64,000 nucleotides of DNA from Thermoplasmata archaeon. GTDB taxonomy: Archaea > Thermoplasmatota > Thermoplasmata > Lutacidiplasmatales > UBA184. Each line of letters starts with the position of its first letter. The stretch's first letter is position 1. The position numbers and the translations under genes are program-made. Shown one piece after another: positions 8,018-16,855 of the stretch. Below the pieces are notes generated by a model that was not told where the DNA came from, made no database searches, and was given only the letters and a program-made list of their open reading frames with translations. The DNA lies in assembly GCA_028864975.1 (NCBI GenBank), contig JAGWLG010000001.1, forward strand, positions 1 through 64,000, in the 5' to 3' direction.

Positions 8018-10276
8018 CTGAGCCTGGCGCTGCCCTTCGAGCTGGCCTTCCTGGTCCCGCTCTTCCCGGCCCTCGGCTTCGTCCTCCTCGGGCTCGGAGG
8101 TCGGACCCTGGGGAAGCTCCACGGTTGGATCGCCGTCGCCTTCGAGGGCGCGGCGCTCGCAACGGGGCTCTGGATCGCGATCGCGGAGGCGACGGGGGCG
8201 GGTCCCAACATCTACCACGACGTGAGCTTCGTCTGGCTGGGCCTCCCCGACGGGACGAACTTCGTGATGGGCACGCTCGTGAGCCCCCTCGGCGCGCTCA
8301 TGCTGATCGTGGTGAACGTGGTGGGCTTCCTGGTCGTGCTCTACTCGAACGAGTACATGGCCCACGAGGAGGGGCTTCCTCGATACTACGCGGAACTGAT
8401 GCTCTTCCTCGCCGCGATGAACGGCCTCGTTCTCGCGGACAACTATCTCGAGTTCATCCTGATGTGGGAGCTGGTGGGGCTCTGCTCCTACCTGCTCATC
8501 GGGTTCTTCTGGAAGAAGCCCTCGGCGGCCTCGGCGGCCAAGAAGGCGTTCATCGTCACCCGCGTCGGCGATGTGCTCTTCTTCCTGGGGGTCTTCATCC
8601 TCTTCTCCTCGCTCGGACACATCACCTCGGCCGCGGCCACGACCTACCCGGGGACGGCCTCCACGATATGTTCCTCGACCGATCCACGCTGGTCCTGCGT
8701 CGGTTTCGCCTTCACTCCCCCGAACGCCAACAGCGCCGCGCCCTTCTTGAGCGCGGGGTCCGCGATCCAGTCCATCAATTTCGGAGGGTCCTCCTGGCTC
8801 CCGACGCTGGCGGGGCTCCTGATCCTGGGCGGAGCGGCCGGAAAGAGCGCCCAGTTCCCGCTGCACACCTGGCTTCCCGACGCGATGGAGGGGCCGACCA
8901 CTGTGAGCGCGCTCATCCATGCCGCAACCATGGTCGCGGCGGGGATCTACCTCCTCGCGATCACCTCGATCTTCATCGGGTTCACGATGACCACCGCGAT
9001 GGTCATCCTCGCCATTGGGGCGTTCACCTCGCTCTTCGCCGGGACGATGGGGCTCGCCTCCCCGGACATCAAGCGGGTGATCGCATACTCCACCGTGTCG
9101 CAGCTAGGGTACATGGCCATGGCCGTCGGGGCGTCGAGCGTCCTCGTCGACCTCCCGAACAGCGTCTACGCGAACCAGAGCGGGGTGGCGATGTTCCATC
9201 TCTTCACGCATGCGTTCTTCAAGGCCCTCCTCTTCCTTTCTGCGGGTTCCGTCATCCACGCCATCGGCGGCCAGCAGGACATCTTCAAGATGGGCGGGCT
9301 CCGCCGACACCTGCCTATCACCTCGACGGCGATGCTCGTGGGGGCGCTCGCGCTCTCGGGCATCCCTCCGTTCGCGGGCTTCTTCTCGAAGGATGACCTG
9401 ATCGGCCTCACCTGGACCGCGGCTTCGAAGGCGGGCGACCCCCTCCTCTACCTCTTCTTCGCCCTCTCGGTGGTGGGGATCTTCCTCACGGCCCTCTACA
9501 TCTTCCGTCTCTGGTTCCTCGTCTTTAGCGGAGGCGCTCCTCGGGACGCTTCGCTCCTGAGCTCCTCCGGTCACGGCGAGCCGAGCACGATGGGGTCGGC
9601 GGCCCCTCATGCCGACCCGCACGCGGCGCTGGTCTCCGCACCTTCTCCCGCGTCACCGGCCCACGGGACGGGCCCCCACGACCCCAGCTGGATCATGACC
9701 GCCCCGCTCCTGGTACTATCGGCCTTGGCGATGGTCGCCGGCTTCCTGCCGCTCCTTCCCTCGATCCACGCCCTCCTCCCGGGACTATCTTGGTCGGTGT
9801 TCGGCGAGTGCTTCGGGAGCTGCAGCGCGACGGCCGCAGGCTTCGACCAACTCGATGCAGTCCTCGGGGGGGTTTCCCTGGCGCTCGCCGGTGGAGGGAT
9901 CCTTGTGGCCTGGCGGGTCTGGGGGGATGGAAGGGTCTTCCGCATCCCCGAAGGGAGCGTGCTCGCGGTACCGCACCGCATCCTGTTCCGCAAGTACTAC
10001 TTCGATGAGGTGTACGACGCGTTCGCGGTGAGCGTGGTCCTCGGGGTTGCCCGCGCCGCGGACTGGGTCGACCGCTACGTCATCGATGGAACCGTGCGGG
10101 GGATCGAAGAGATCTTCTCGCAGGTCTCCCGATCGGGCCGACGGCTCCAGAGCGGGATCGTCTCCAGCTACGCGGCCTGGGTGGTGGTGGGGCTGCTCGC
10201 CCTGCTGCTGTTCTTCGTCTACGTCGTCCCCTGCCTCGAGAACGCCTGCCACAGCCCGTTCTCGCTGGGGTTCTAA
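8018..10276 (+). CDS. nuoL: Complex I-like subunit L (antiporter-like); probable CTG start
   Basis: WELVGLCSYLLIGF, GKSAQFPLHTWLPDAMEGPTTVSALIHAATMV, HLFTHAFFKALLFL. The frame extends upstream of the track's start to a CTG at 8018 after GGAGG and encodes TM1 LAFLVPLFPALGFVLLG. Confidence 0.93.
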   Translation: MSLALPFELAFLVPLFPALGFVLLGLGGRTLGKLHGWIAVAFEGAALATGLWIAIAEATGAGPNIYHDVSFVWLGLPDGTNFVMGTLVSPLGALMLIVVNVVGFLVVLYSNEYMAHEEGLPRYYAELMLFLAAMNGLVLADNYLEFILMWELVGLCSYLLIGFFWKKPSAASAAKKAFIVTRVGDVLFFLGVFILFSSLGHITSAAATTYPGTASTICSSTDPRWSCVGFAFTPPNANSAAPFLSAGSAIQSINFGGSSWLPTLAGLLILGGAAGKSAQFPLHTWLPDAMEGPTTVSALIHAATMVAAGIYLLAITSIFIGFTMTTAMVILAIGAFTSLFAGTMGLASPDIKRVIAYSTVSQLGYMAMAVGASSVLVDLPNSVYANQSGVAMFHLFTHAFFKALLFLSAGSVIHAIGGQQDIFKMGGLRRHLPITSTAMLVGALALSGIPPFAGFFSKDDLIGLTWTAASKAGDPLLYLFFALSVVGIFLTALYIFRLWFLVFSGGAPRDASLLSSSGHGEPSTMGSAAPHADPHAALVSAPSPASPAHGTGPHDPSWIMTAPLLVLSALAMVAGFLPLLPSIHALLPGLSWSVFGECFGSCSATAAGFDQLDAVLGGVSLALAGGGILVAWRVWGDGRVFRIPEGSVLAVPHRILFRKYYFDEVYDAFAVSVVLGVARAADWVDRYVIDGTVRGIEEIFSQVSRSGRRLQSGIVSSYAAWVVVGLLALLLFFVYVVPCLENACHSPFSLGF

Positions 10277-10291
10277 GGGAGGTCGATCACG

Positions 10292-11851
10292 ATGGACATA
10301 CCTTGGCTCTCCCTCCTCGTCCTGGTCTCCTTGGGGGGCGCGTTCGCGACGTTCTTCGCCGGGCGCTACGCCCGGTGGGCCGCCCTCGTGGTCTCGCTCG
10401 GCTCGCTGGTCATCGTTCTCGCGGTCATGGCCCTATTCCAGCCCAGCCTCGACCTGCAGAACACCAGCAACTCCTGCGCGGCAGGGGGGTTCCAGCTCTG
10501 TGAGGTGCACACCTGGTTCACCTACAGCTCCTCCACGAGCGCTCCGGGGTTCTCAGTGGACTATGCGGTGGGTATCGACGGCATCTCGCTCGTGCTCATC
10601 CTCCTCTCGGCGGTGATCACGGTCGCGGCGGTCGTCTACCACTGGAGCGAGGAGCGCGACCCTCACGGTTTCTTCGGTCTGCTCCTCTTGACGAACGCCG
10701 GGTGCATCGGGGTCTTCGTTTCCTTGGACGTCCTGCTCTTCTTCGTCTTCTGGGAGATCGTGCTCATCCCGATGTTCTTCCTCATCGGGCATTGGGGGGG
10801 CCCGCGTCGTCACTATGCGGCGCTGAAGTTCTTCGTCTACACCCACGTCGCGTCGGTGACGATGTTCGTGGCGTTGCTCGCGATGGTCTTCCTGGGGCAC
10901 TGGGACTCCTTTGACTTCGTCAACACCTTCCAACGACAGCAGGTGGACAACATGCAGAACATCCCCTCTGCGGTCCAGGCCCTCCTGTTCGGTTCGCTGC
11001 TTTTTGGTTTCGGGGTGAAGCTTCCGATGGTGCCGTTCCATACGTGGTTGCCCGATGCCCACGTCGAGGCCCCCACGGGAGGGTCGGTGCTCCTCGCGGG
11101 GATCCTGCTCAAGCTCGGCGGGTACGGGCTGATCCGGCTCGCGTCCCCGATGTTGCCCGCAGGGAGGTCGCTCATGCTCCCCGTGATGCTGTTCCTCGCT
11201 TTCCTCTCCATCGTTTGGGGGGCCTACCTTTCGCTCGCCCAGAGGGACCTGAAGCGGCTCGTCGCCTACTCTTCCATCAACCACATGGGGATCGTCCTTC
11301 TGGCGATCGCCCTGTGGACCCAGCTCGGGGTGATGGCCGCAGTGCTGCTCATGTTCGCCCACGGGCTGGTCAGCGCGCTGCTCTTCATGGTCTCCGGATC
11401 GGTCCACCACACCTTCGGGACCCGGGACATCCCTTCGGTGGGGGGAATGACCGCGCGAACCCCGGTGCTCTCGACGATGCTGATGATCGGTTCGCTCGCC
11501 TCCCTGGGGCTCCCCGCGCTCGTGAGCTTCCCCGCGGAGTTCTCGGCCTTCCTGGCCACGTGGAACACCCTTGGCTACTGGGTGCTGCTCCCGCTCATGG
11601 CCCTCGTGGTGACCGCGGGGTTCTACATCTGGATGATGCAGCGCATGTCCTTCGGCCCGACGCGCGGCATCCCTGCGAACGCGCACGACCTCCCGTTCCC
11701 GGAGGTCATGGGGATGAGCCTGCTCGTCGGCCTGATCGTCCTCTACGGGATCCTCCCGCTCCTGATCGAGCAGGTGATCCCGATCGCGGCGATCTTCGGG
11801 GTGCCCTGCGGGGCCGGGGGCATGTGGGGGGCCTGTCCGAGCCTGCCGTAG
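10292..11851 (+). CDS. nuoM: Complex I-like subunit M
   Basis: FFVFWEIVLIPMFFLIG, KLPMVPFHTWLPDAHVEAP, LVAYSSINHMG. Confidence 0.96.
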   Translation: MDIPWLSLLVLVSLGGAFATFFAGRYARWAALVVSLGSLVIVLAVMALFQPSLDLQNTSNSCAAGGFQLCEVHTWFTYSSSTSAPGFSVDYAVGIDGISLVLILLSAVITVAAVVYHWSEERDPHGFFGLLLLTNAGCIGVFVSLDVLLFFVFWEIVLIPMFFLIGHWGGPRRHYAALKFFVYTHVASVTMFVALLAMVFLGHWDSFDFVNTFQRQQVDNMQNIPSAVQALLFGSLLFGFGVKLPMVPFHTWLPDAHVEAPTGGSVLLAGILLKLGGYGLIRLASPMLPAGRSLMLPVMLFLAFLSIVWGAYLSLAQRDLKRLVAYSSINHMGIVLLAIALWTQLGVMAAVLLMFAHGLVSALLFMVSGSVHHTFGTRDIPSVGGMTARTPVLSTMLMIGSLASLGLPALVSFPAEFSAFLATWNTLGYWVLLPLMALVVTAGFYIWMMQRMSFGPTRGIPANAHDLPFPEVMGMSLLVGLIVLYGILPLLIEQVIPIAAIFGVPCGAGGMWGACPSLP

Positions 11852-11878
11852 GCGAGGGGAGGAGGAGGGAGGGAGAAC

Positions 11879-13474
11879 ATGGAGGTCCCGATCGCGGCCT
11901 ATCTCCCCGAGGCGCTGGCGCTCGCCGGGGCGCTCCTCACGTTCCTGATGGACGCAGCCGGGGTCCGTCGACGCAGCGCGATCGGGGGGCTCTCGGTCGT
12001 CCTCTACTCGCTCGCCTTGCTGTCGGTGTTGGGCGACCTCGCGGTCTTCCCGTTCACGGCCTTCGCGACGATCCCCTCCGGTCTCGTGGACGCGGGTCCC
12101 ATCGGTCCGATCCAGTTCACCTCGTTCGGGATCCTCTGGCAAGTGATCTTCCTTTCGGCTTCCCTGCTCGTGGCCTTCGCCTCGCTCTCCGAGGGCGAAG
12201 GGGAGCGTGAGGTCCCGATCTTCTACGGACTTCTCTCGCTCGCGACCTTGGGGATGTTGCTCGTCGCGCTGTCGGCGGACTTGGTCTTTCTGCTCCTCTC
12301 GATCGAGATCACCGGGATCTCGACCTACGTCCTGGTCGCCTATGCCCGGAAGGATGCCCGCGCGCTGGAGGCCTCGATGAAGTTCTATCTCATCGGAGCG
12401 CTCTCGACCGCGATCAGCTTCTTCGGAGCCTCGCTTCTCTACGGAGCCTACGGCACGACCTCCCTTTCGGTGCTGAGCAAGGTCCCGTCCGCCGGGAGCG
12501 AGATGGTCATGGTCGGGCTCGGGATGCTCGTGGTCGGCCTGGGGTTCAAGGTCACCGCGGTGCCCTTCCACATGTGGGCGGTCGACGTATACGACGGCGC
12601 CCCCGACCACGTTTCGGCCTTCCTCGCGGCCGGTTCCAAGAAGATGGGGATCCTGGCCTTCATCACCGTATTTGTGGCCTCGGTCCGCCTCTTCCAGGTC
12701 TCGAACGCCTGGGCGCTTTACGTGGCTCTGGGGGCGCTTGCGGTCGTAACGATGACCGTGGGGAACGTGCTCGCGCTCCAACAGCGCACGATGAAGCGCA
12801 TGCTGGCCTACTCCTCCATCTCCCAGGCGGGCTACATGCTGATCGGGATCGCCGTTGATACCCCCGCGGCGCTCGCGGGGACGACGATCCAGGCCGCCGC
12901 GCACGTGCTGATGAAGGGGGGGGCTTTCCTCTTCGTGGCCGCGATGGCGACGATCGGGGTGGGCAACCGGATCGATGACTACCGCGGGCTTGGCCACACG
13001 CACCCCGCGACGGCCGCCTCCTTCGCGATCCTCCTGCTCTCCCTGGCAGGGATCCCGCTCACCCTGGGCTTCGTGGGAAAGTTCTACCTCTTCGCCGCCG
13101 CGGTCGAGGCCCAGGGGATGTTCATCTTCCTCGCGATCGCCGGGCTGCTCAACAGCGCAGCGTCCGTGTTCTACTACGCGCGGATCCTTCGGATCATGTA
13201 CATGGTCGACCCTCAACCCAGGTCAGCGGGTCGGTGGACCCCCGCGGTAGCCCATCTCGCGGACCCGGGCGCGGGCTCGACGCCTCCCTCTCATGGTGGG
13301 GCGAAGAGCGCCGTCGGTGGACGACTTCTTGCAGAAATCCAGAGCCTAGGGGTCGCCCGTTGGACCGCGATCGTACTCTGCGCCGCCTTCACCATCGTGC
13401 TCGGTATCTACCCGACACCGCTCATCGACCTCGCGAACAACGCGGCGTTCCACCTCATCAACAACCTACCTTAG
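11879..13474 (+). CDS. nuoN: Complex I-like subunit N
   Basis: EASMKFYLIGALS, GFKVTAVPFHMWAVDVYDGAP, KRMLAYSSISQAGY. Confidence 0.96.
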   Translation: MEVPIAAYLPEALALAGALLTFLMDAAGVRRRSAIGGLSVVLYSLALLSVLGDLAVFPFTAFATIPSGLVDAGPIGPIQFTSFGILWQVIFLSASLLVAFASLSEGEGEREVPIFYGLLSLATLGMLLVALSADLVFLLLSIEITGISTYVLVAYARKDARALEASMKFYLIGALSTAISFFGASLLYGAYGTTSLSVLSKVPSAGSEMVMVGLGMLVVGLGFKVTAVPFHMWAVDVYDGAPDHVSAFLAAGSKKMGILAFITVFVASVRLFQVSNAWALYVALGALAVVTMTVGNVLALQQRTMKRMLAYSSISQAGYMLIGIAVDTPAALAGTTIQAAAHVLMKGGAFLFVAAMATIGVGNRIDDYRGLGHTHPATAASFAILLLSLAGIPLTLGFVGKFYLFAAAVEAQGMFIFLAIAGLLNSAASVFYYARILRIMYMVDPQPRSAGRWTPAVAHLADPGAGSTPPSHGGAKSAVGGRLLAEIQSLGVARWTAIVLCAAFTIVLGIYPTPLIDLANNAAFHLINNLP

Positions 13475-13516
13475 ACCTGCTCCACGAAGTCCGTAAGTAG
13501 GCTCACGGGAGCCCTC

Positions 13517-14641
13517 GTGGGGCCGATGGAGCACTTCGACGTAGCGGTGGTTGGAGCCGGCCCTGCGGGGAGCTCGGCAGCCCTTTTCGCCGCGCGCGGC
13601 GGCGCGCGTACGCTCCTCCTCGACCGTCGCCCCGAGCTTGGCCAGCCCGTTCAGTGCGGGGAGTTCCTCCCGACCTTGGAGGAGCTCTGCGACCTCTTCC
13701 CGAACCATGGAGGGTTCGAGGAGGTCTTCCAGGTCCCCGAGACCAGCGTGCTCCAGAGAACGCGCGAGATGGCCTGCGTCTCCCCTTGGGGAGGTCGGTT
13801 CACCTTTCCGGTCGACGGCTACTCTGTCTCCCGCCGTTCCTTCGACAAAGTCCTCGCCCTTCGGGCGGAGGCCGCCGGAGCGGAGCTTCGCTTCCCCAAG
13901 AGCGTCGTCGGTGTGAAGGAGGCGGGGAGTGAACTGCTCCTGCCGGGAGGGGACAGGGTCGCGGCCAAAGTGGTCATCGCCGCGGATGGGCCGCTGACGG
14001 AGGTCGGTCGGGCGGTCGGTTTCCACGTCGAGCGGCAGATGTACCGGATGATCACGGCTACGTGCGACCTCGCCTTCCCCGACCGACTTGAGCTCTTCTT
14101 CGGCTCCCTCGCACCGGGGGGGTACGCCTGGATCATCCCGAAGGGGGGCGACTGCAACGTCGGGCTCGGGGCAACCCATCTGCCTCCGGGGGAGAGCCTG
14201 AGCTCGCTCCTCGCGACCTTCGCCCGCAGGTACCACCTCCCTGCCCCTCACCATTTGACCCGCTGGTGGGTTCCCCTGGGCCCGCCTCCCGCTTCGGCTG
14301 TTCGGGGTAGTGTTCTCTTCGCGGGGGATGCGGCGAACCTGGTCATGGCCACGAACGGCGGGGGGATCCCCACCGCCATGGTGAGCGGAATGGACGCCGG
14401 GAAAGCGGCGGTCTCGCACCTACGAGAGGGCAAACCGCTCGAGGACTATGACCGGCGATGGCGGGAGCATATGTATGAGCCCCTGATGCGGGGATGGCGC
14501 ATGAAGGAGGGGGCGGATCGGTGGATCGAGCATGACCTTCTGGTCGCGCTCGGCATGCGCTATCTGGGCTCCCATGGGCTGGATGAGATGATCCGCCTGA
14601 GATGGCCTCGGCGGTGGCCCCACTCCCGGAGCGCAGCATGA
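13517..14641 (+). CDS. Geranylgeranyl reductase family FAD-dependent oxidoreductase
   Basis: VVGAGPAGSSAA Rossmann motif, CGE, YAWIIPKG, GDAANLVMATNGGGIPTAM. Start is GTG 13517 or ATG 13526. Confidence 0.9.
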   Translation: MGPMEHFDVAVVGAGPAGSSAALFAARGGARTLLLDRRPELGQPVQCGEFLPTLEELCDLFPNHGGFEEVFQVPETSVLQRTREMACVSPWGGRFTFPVDGYSVSRRSFDKVLALRAEAAGAELRFPKSVVGVKEAGSELLLPGGDRVAAKVVIAADGPLTEVGRAVGFHVERQMYRMITATCDLAFPDRLELFFGSLAPGGYAWIIPKGGDCNVGLGATHLPPGESLSSLLATFARRYHLPAPHHLTRWWVPLGPPPASAVRGSVLFAGDAANLVMATNGGGIPTAMVSGMDAGKAAVSHLREGKPLEDYDRRWREHMYEPLMRGWRMKEGADRWIEHDLLVALGMRYLGSHGLDEMIRLRWPRRWPHSRSAA

Positions 14642-15684
14642 CCGGTCCTGCAGAGATCGAGGCCCCCCTGAAGGGTCTGGTCCGTTCGGTCCTAGGCGAC
14701 GGGGACTACTCGGTCTTCTACGACCTGCTCCCGATCCTGGCGCAGGATGTCGCGGACTCCGAGGACCGCCTGAAGGCTTCCTTGCCCGCGTCCTACCCTT
14801 TCCTCGAGGAAGCGGCCAGCTATGCCACCGACTCCGGGGGGAAGCGGGTGCGACCGCTCCTCATTTCCGCGGTGTATCGGGCCCTGGGGGCGACGGAAAC
14901 GTCGAAGATCCAGCCTCTGGCCGCCGCATTTCAGTTGATCCACACCGCGACCCTGGTCCATGACGATGTCATCGACCGGGCCGACCTGCGTCGGGGGAAG
15001 CCCTCGGTCCCGCGAGCGTTCGGAATGCCCGCCGCGATCGTGGCGGGCGACTACCTCTTCGTGCGAGCCTTCCAGCTGGCTGCTCGCTACTCCCCGGAGG
15101 TGATCCTGCGATGCGGAGAGGCTTGTGCCGAGCTCGCGCAGGGCGAGATGATGCAGGAGAACTCCCGCTACGACCTGACGCTTGGTCGCGACCGATACCT
15201 CCGGATCATGTCGATGAAGACGGCCAGCATCGTCGCCGCCGGGGTCGCCTCCTCCGCCATGGTCTCAGGCGCCGCCCGGGAGGTCGTGGACGGGCTCGAG
15301 GAGTACGGGCGAGGGGTGGGGGTGGCCTTCCAGATCCAGGACGACCTTCTGGACGTCTACGGGGACCCCGACGTCACGGGAAAGCCTCTCTTCTCGGATT
15401 GGAAGGAGGGGATGCCGACGCTGCTTTCCCTCGATGCCCACGCCGCGTTGGACGGGAAGGAGAGGTCCGAGTTCGAGCGTCTCTTCCTCGCTCGGAGAAA
15501 GCGCCCGGCCGAGCTCTTGCGGTTGAAGGAGCTCACCGACCGCACCGACGCCCACGCACGGAGCATGGCCGACGCCGAGAAGTGGGTCGAGAGCGCAATC
15601 CACGGGCTGAGGAAACTTCCTGAGGGTCCTTATCGCCAGCTCTTGGAGCAAGTGGCCCGAGGGGTCATTACGCGGCGCTTCTGA
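14638..15684 (+). CDS. Polyprenyl diphosphate synthase (medium/long-chain trans type)
   Basis: GGKRVRP, HTATLVHDDVID (FARM), GDYL, KTA, FQIQDDLLD (SARM); ATG 14638 overlaps the GGR stop. Confidence 0.93.
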   Translation: MTGPAEIEAPLKGLVRSVLGDGDYSVFYDLLPILAQDVADSEDRLKASLPASYPFLEEAASYATDSGGKRVRPLLISAVYRALGATETSKIQPLAAAFQLIHTATLVHDDVIDRADLRRGKPSVPRAFGMPAAIVAGDYLFVRAFQLAARYSPEVILRCGEACAELAQGEMMQENSRYDLTLGRDRYLRIMSMKTASIVAAGVASSAMVSGAAREVVDGLEEYGRGVGVAFQIQDDLLDVYGDPDVTGKPLFSDWKEGMPTLLSLDAHAALDGKERSEFERLFLARRKRPAELLRLKELTDRTDAHARSMADAEKWVESAIHGLRKLPEGPYRQLLEQVARGVITRRF

Positions 15685-15717
15685 GCGCCCCGAAGGGCCC
15701 CGGAGCGGCACCCTCCC

Positions 15718-15725
15718 CTTTAAGA
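15718..15725 (+). promoter_or_regulatory. TATA box for the Zn-ribbon/RGG gene
   Basis: TTTAAG ~25-30 nt before ATG 15749, consistent with a leaderless or short-leader transcript. Confidence 0.5.
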
Positions 15726-15748
15726 GCGGTCGAGGAGCGTATCTGCGC

Positions 15749-16678
15749 ATGGCCAAGGCCTGCACGGAGTGCGGAGCGGAGCTCAGCTTCTCCTTCAACC
15801 CGGACGGCACCGTCCTGGGGTCTTGTGAGAGCTGCGGGAACGAAGTGAAGCTGAGCGCGGAAGAAGGGAAGGAGCTCGAGGGGAGCGAGGAAGGCTCCGA
15901 GCGCGGCTCCAGCGAAGGAGACGACGGCGAACACGAAGGAGACTCGGACAACGTCCGGCCCAAGGGACCCAAGGGCAAGGCGGATGCGGACGAAGACGAG
16001 GATGATGATGACGATGACGAGGACTCCGACGAGGACGCGGAGGGCGGGGACGAGGCCCCGACCCGAGGCTGCCGCGCTTGCGGGTCCGCGCTCTCGTTCG
16101 CAGAGAACGACGAGGGCGTGGTGATCGGCAGCTGCAGCGAATGCGGCAAGAGCTTCGCCTTCGTCCTCGAAGCCCCACGCGGCCCGCGGCGCGAGGGTCG
16201 CGGTCGCTTCGGTGGAGGAGGACGCCCGTCGTTCGGACGTGGAGGCGGAGGCGGACGCGGCGCGCCCATGCGGGCCAAAGGATGCCGCCAGTGCGGTGCC
16301 CCTCTCGAGTTCTCCGCGAACGAGGACGGTTCCGTGACCGGGAAGTGCACCTCTTGCGACAACCAGTTCACCTTGCCCCCCCGCGAGGGCGGTAGGGATG
16401 GCGGCGGTGGCGGCGGCTACGGTAGGGGCCGTGGTGGCGGCGGGGGAGGCGGCCGGTACTCGCGCGGAGGAGGCGGCGGTCGGTTCGGAGGCGGAGGCGG
16501 CGGCGGAGGCTGGGGCGGCGGCGGTGGCGGGCGCTCTGGCGGACGCGGCGGTGGCCGAGGCTACTACGGAGGCGGCGGCGGCGACCGGGGCCGGGACCGC
16601 GAGGGCGGGGGACGGGACCGTTTCACCCGCGACTCCGGGGATGACCGGCGCCGACGGCGCCGCTTCCGCGACGAGTAG
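15749..16678 (+). CDS. Hypothetical protein: three Zn-ribbon repeats, acidic tract, Gly/Arg (RGG) tail
   Basis: Three CxxCG..L.F..N.[DE]G.V.G.CxxC repeats; D/E tract; >90-aa RGG/GGY tail. Confidence 0.85.
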   Translation: MAKACTECGAELSFSFNPDGTVLGSCESCGNEVKLSAEEGKELEGSEEGSERGSSEGDDGEHEGDSDNVRPKGPKGKADADEDEDDDDDDEDSDEDAEGGDEAPTRGCRACGSALSFAENDEGVVIGSCSECGKSFAFVLEAPRGPRREGRGRFGGGGRPSFGRGGGGGRGAPMRAKGCRQCGAPLEFSANEDGSVTGKCTSCDNQFTLPPREGGRDGGGGGGYGRGRGGGGGGGRYSRGGGGGRFGGGGGGGGWGGGGGGRSGGRGGGRGYYGGGGGDRGRDREGGGRDRFTRDSGDDRRRRRRFRDE

Positions 16679-16855
16679 GGCCCGTCCGTGCCGAGCCCTT
16701 CGCCCGGGCGACCCCTGACGTGGGCCCGAGGGCGCGGTCAAGCAAAGGCTCAAGGACGACCTGTCGCTAGTGAACTGGTTCCTGCGGCATAGCCGCGGGG
16801 TCGGAGGTCGGTCGAAGGGTCCAGGGCGACGGGCTCCCGACTCCACGCGAGGTCC

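Noticed and set aside
10553-13216. Very long antisense or alternate-frame ORFs (10553-13216, 15668-17974, 23513-26110, 24370-26034, 61266-62915 and similar)
   Set aside because: Shadow ORFs expected in high-GC coding DNA; R/G/P-rich, motif-free, and overlapping well-supported genes.
16395-16625. GGCGGC-rich tandem DNA as a repeat array or CRISPR
   Set aside because: It is the Gly/Arg-coding tail of ORF 15749 with no repeat-spacer periodicity. No CRISPR array was seen anywhere in the window.
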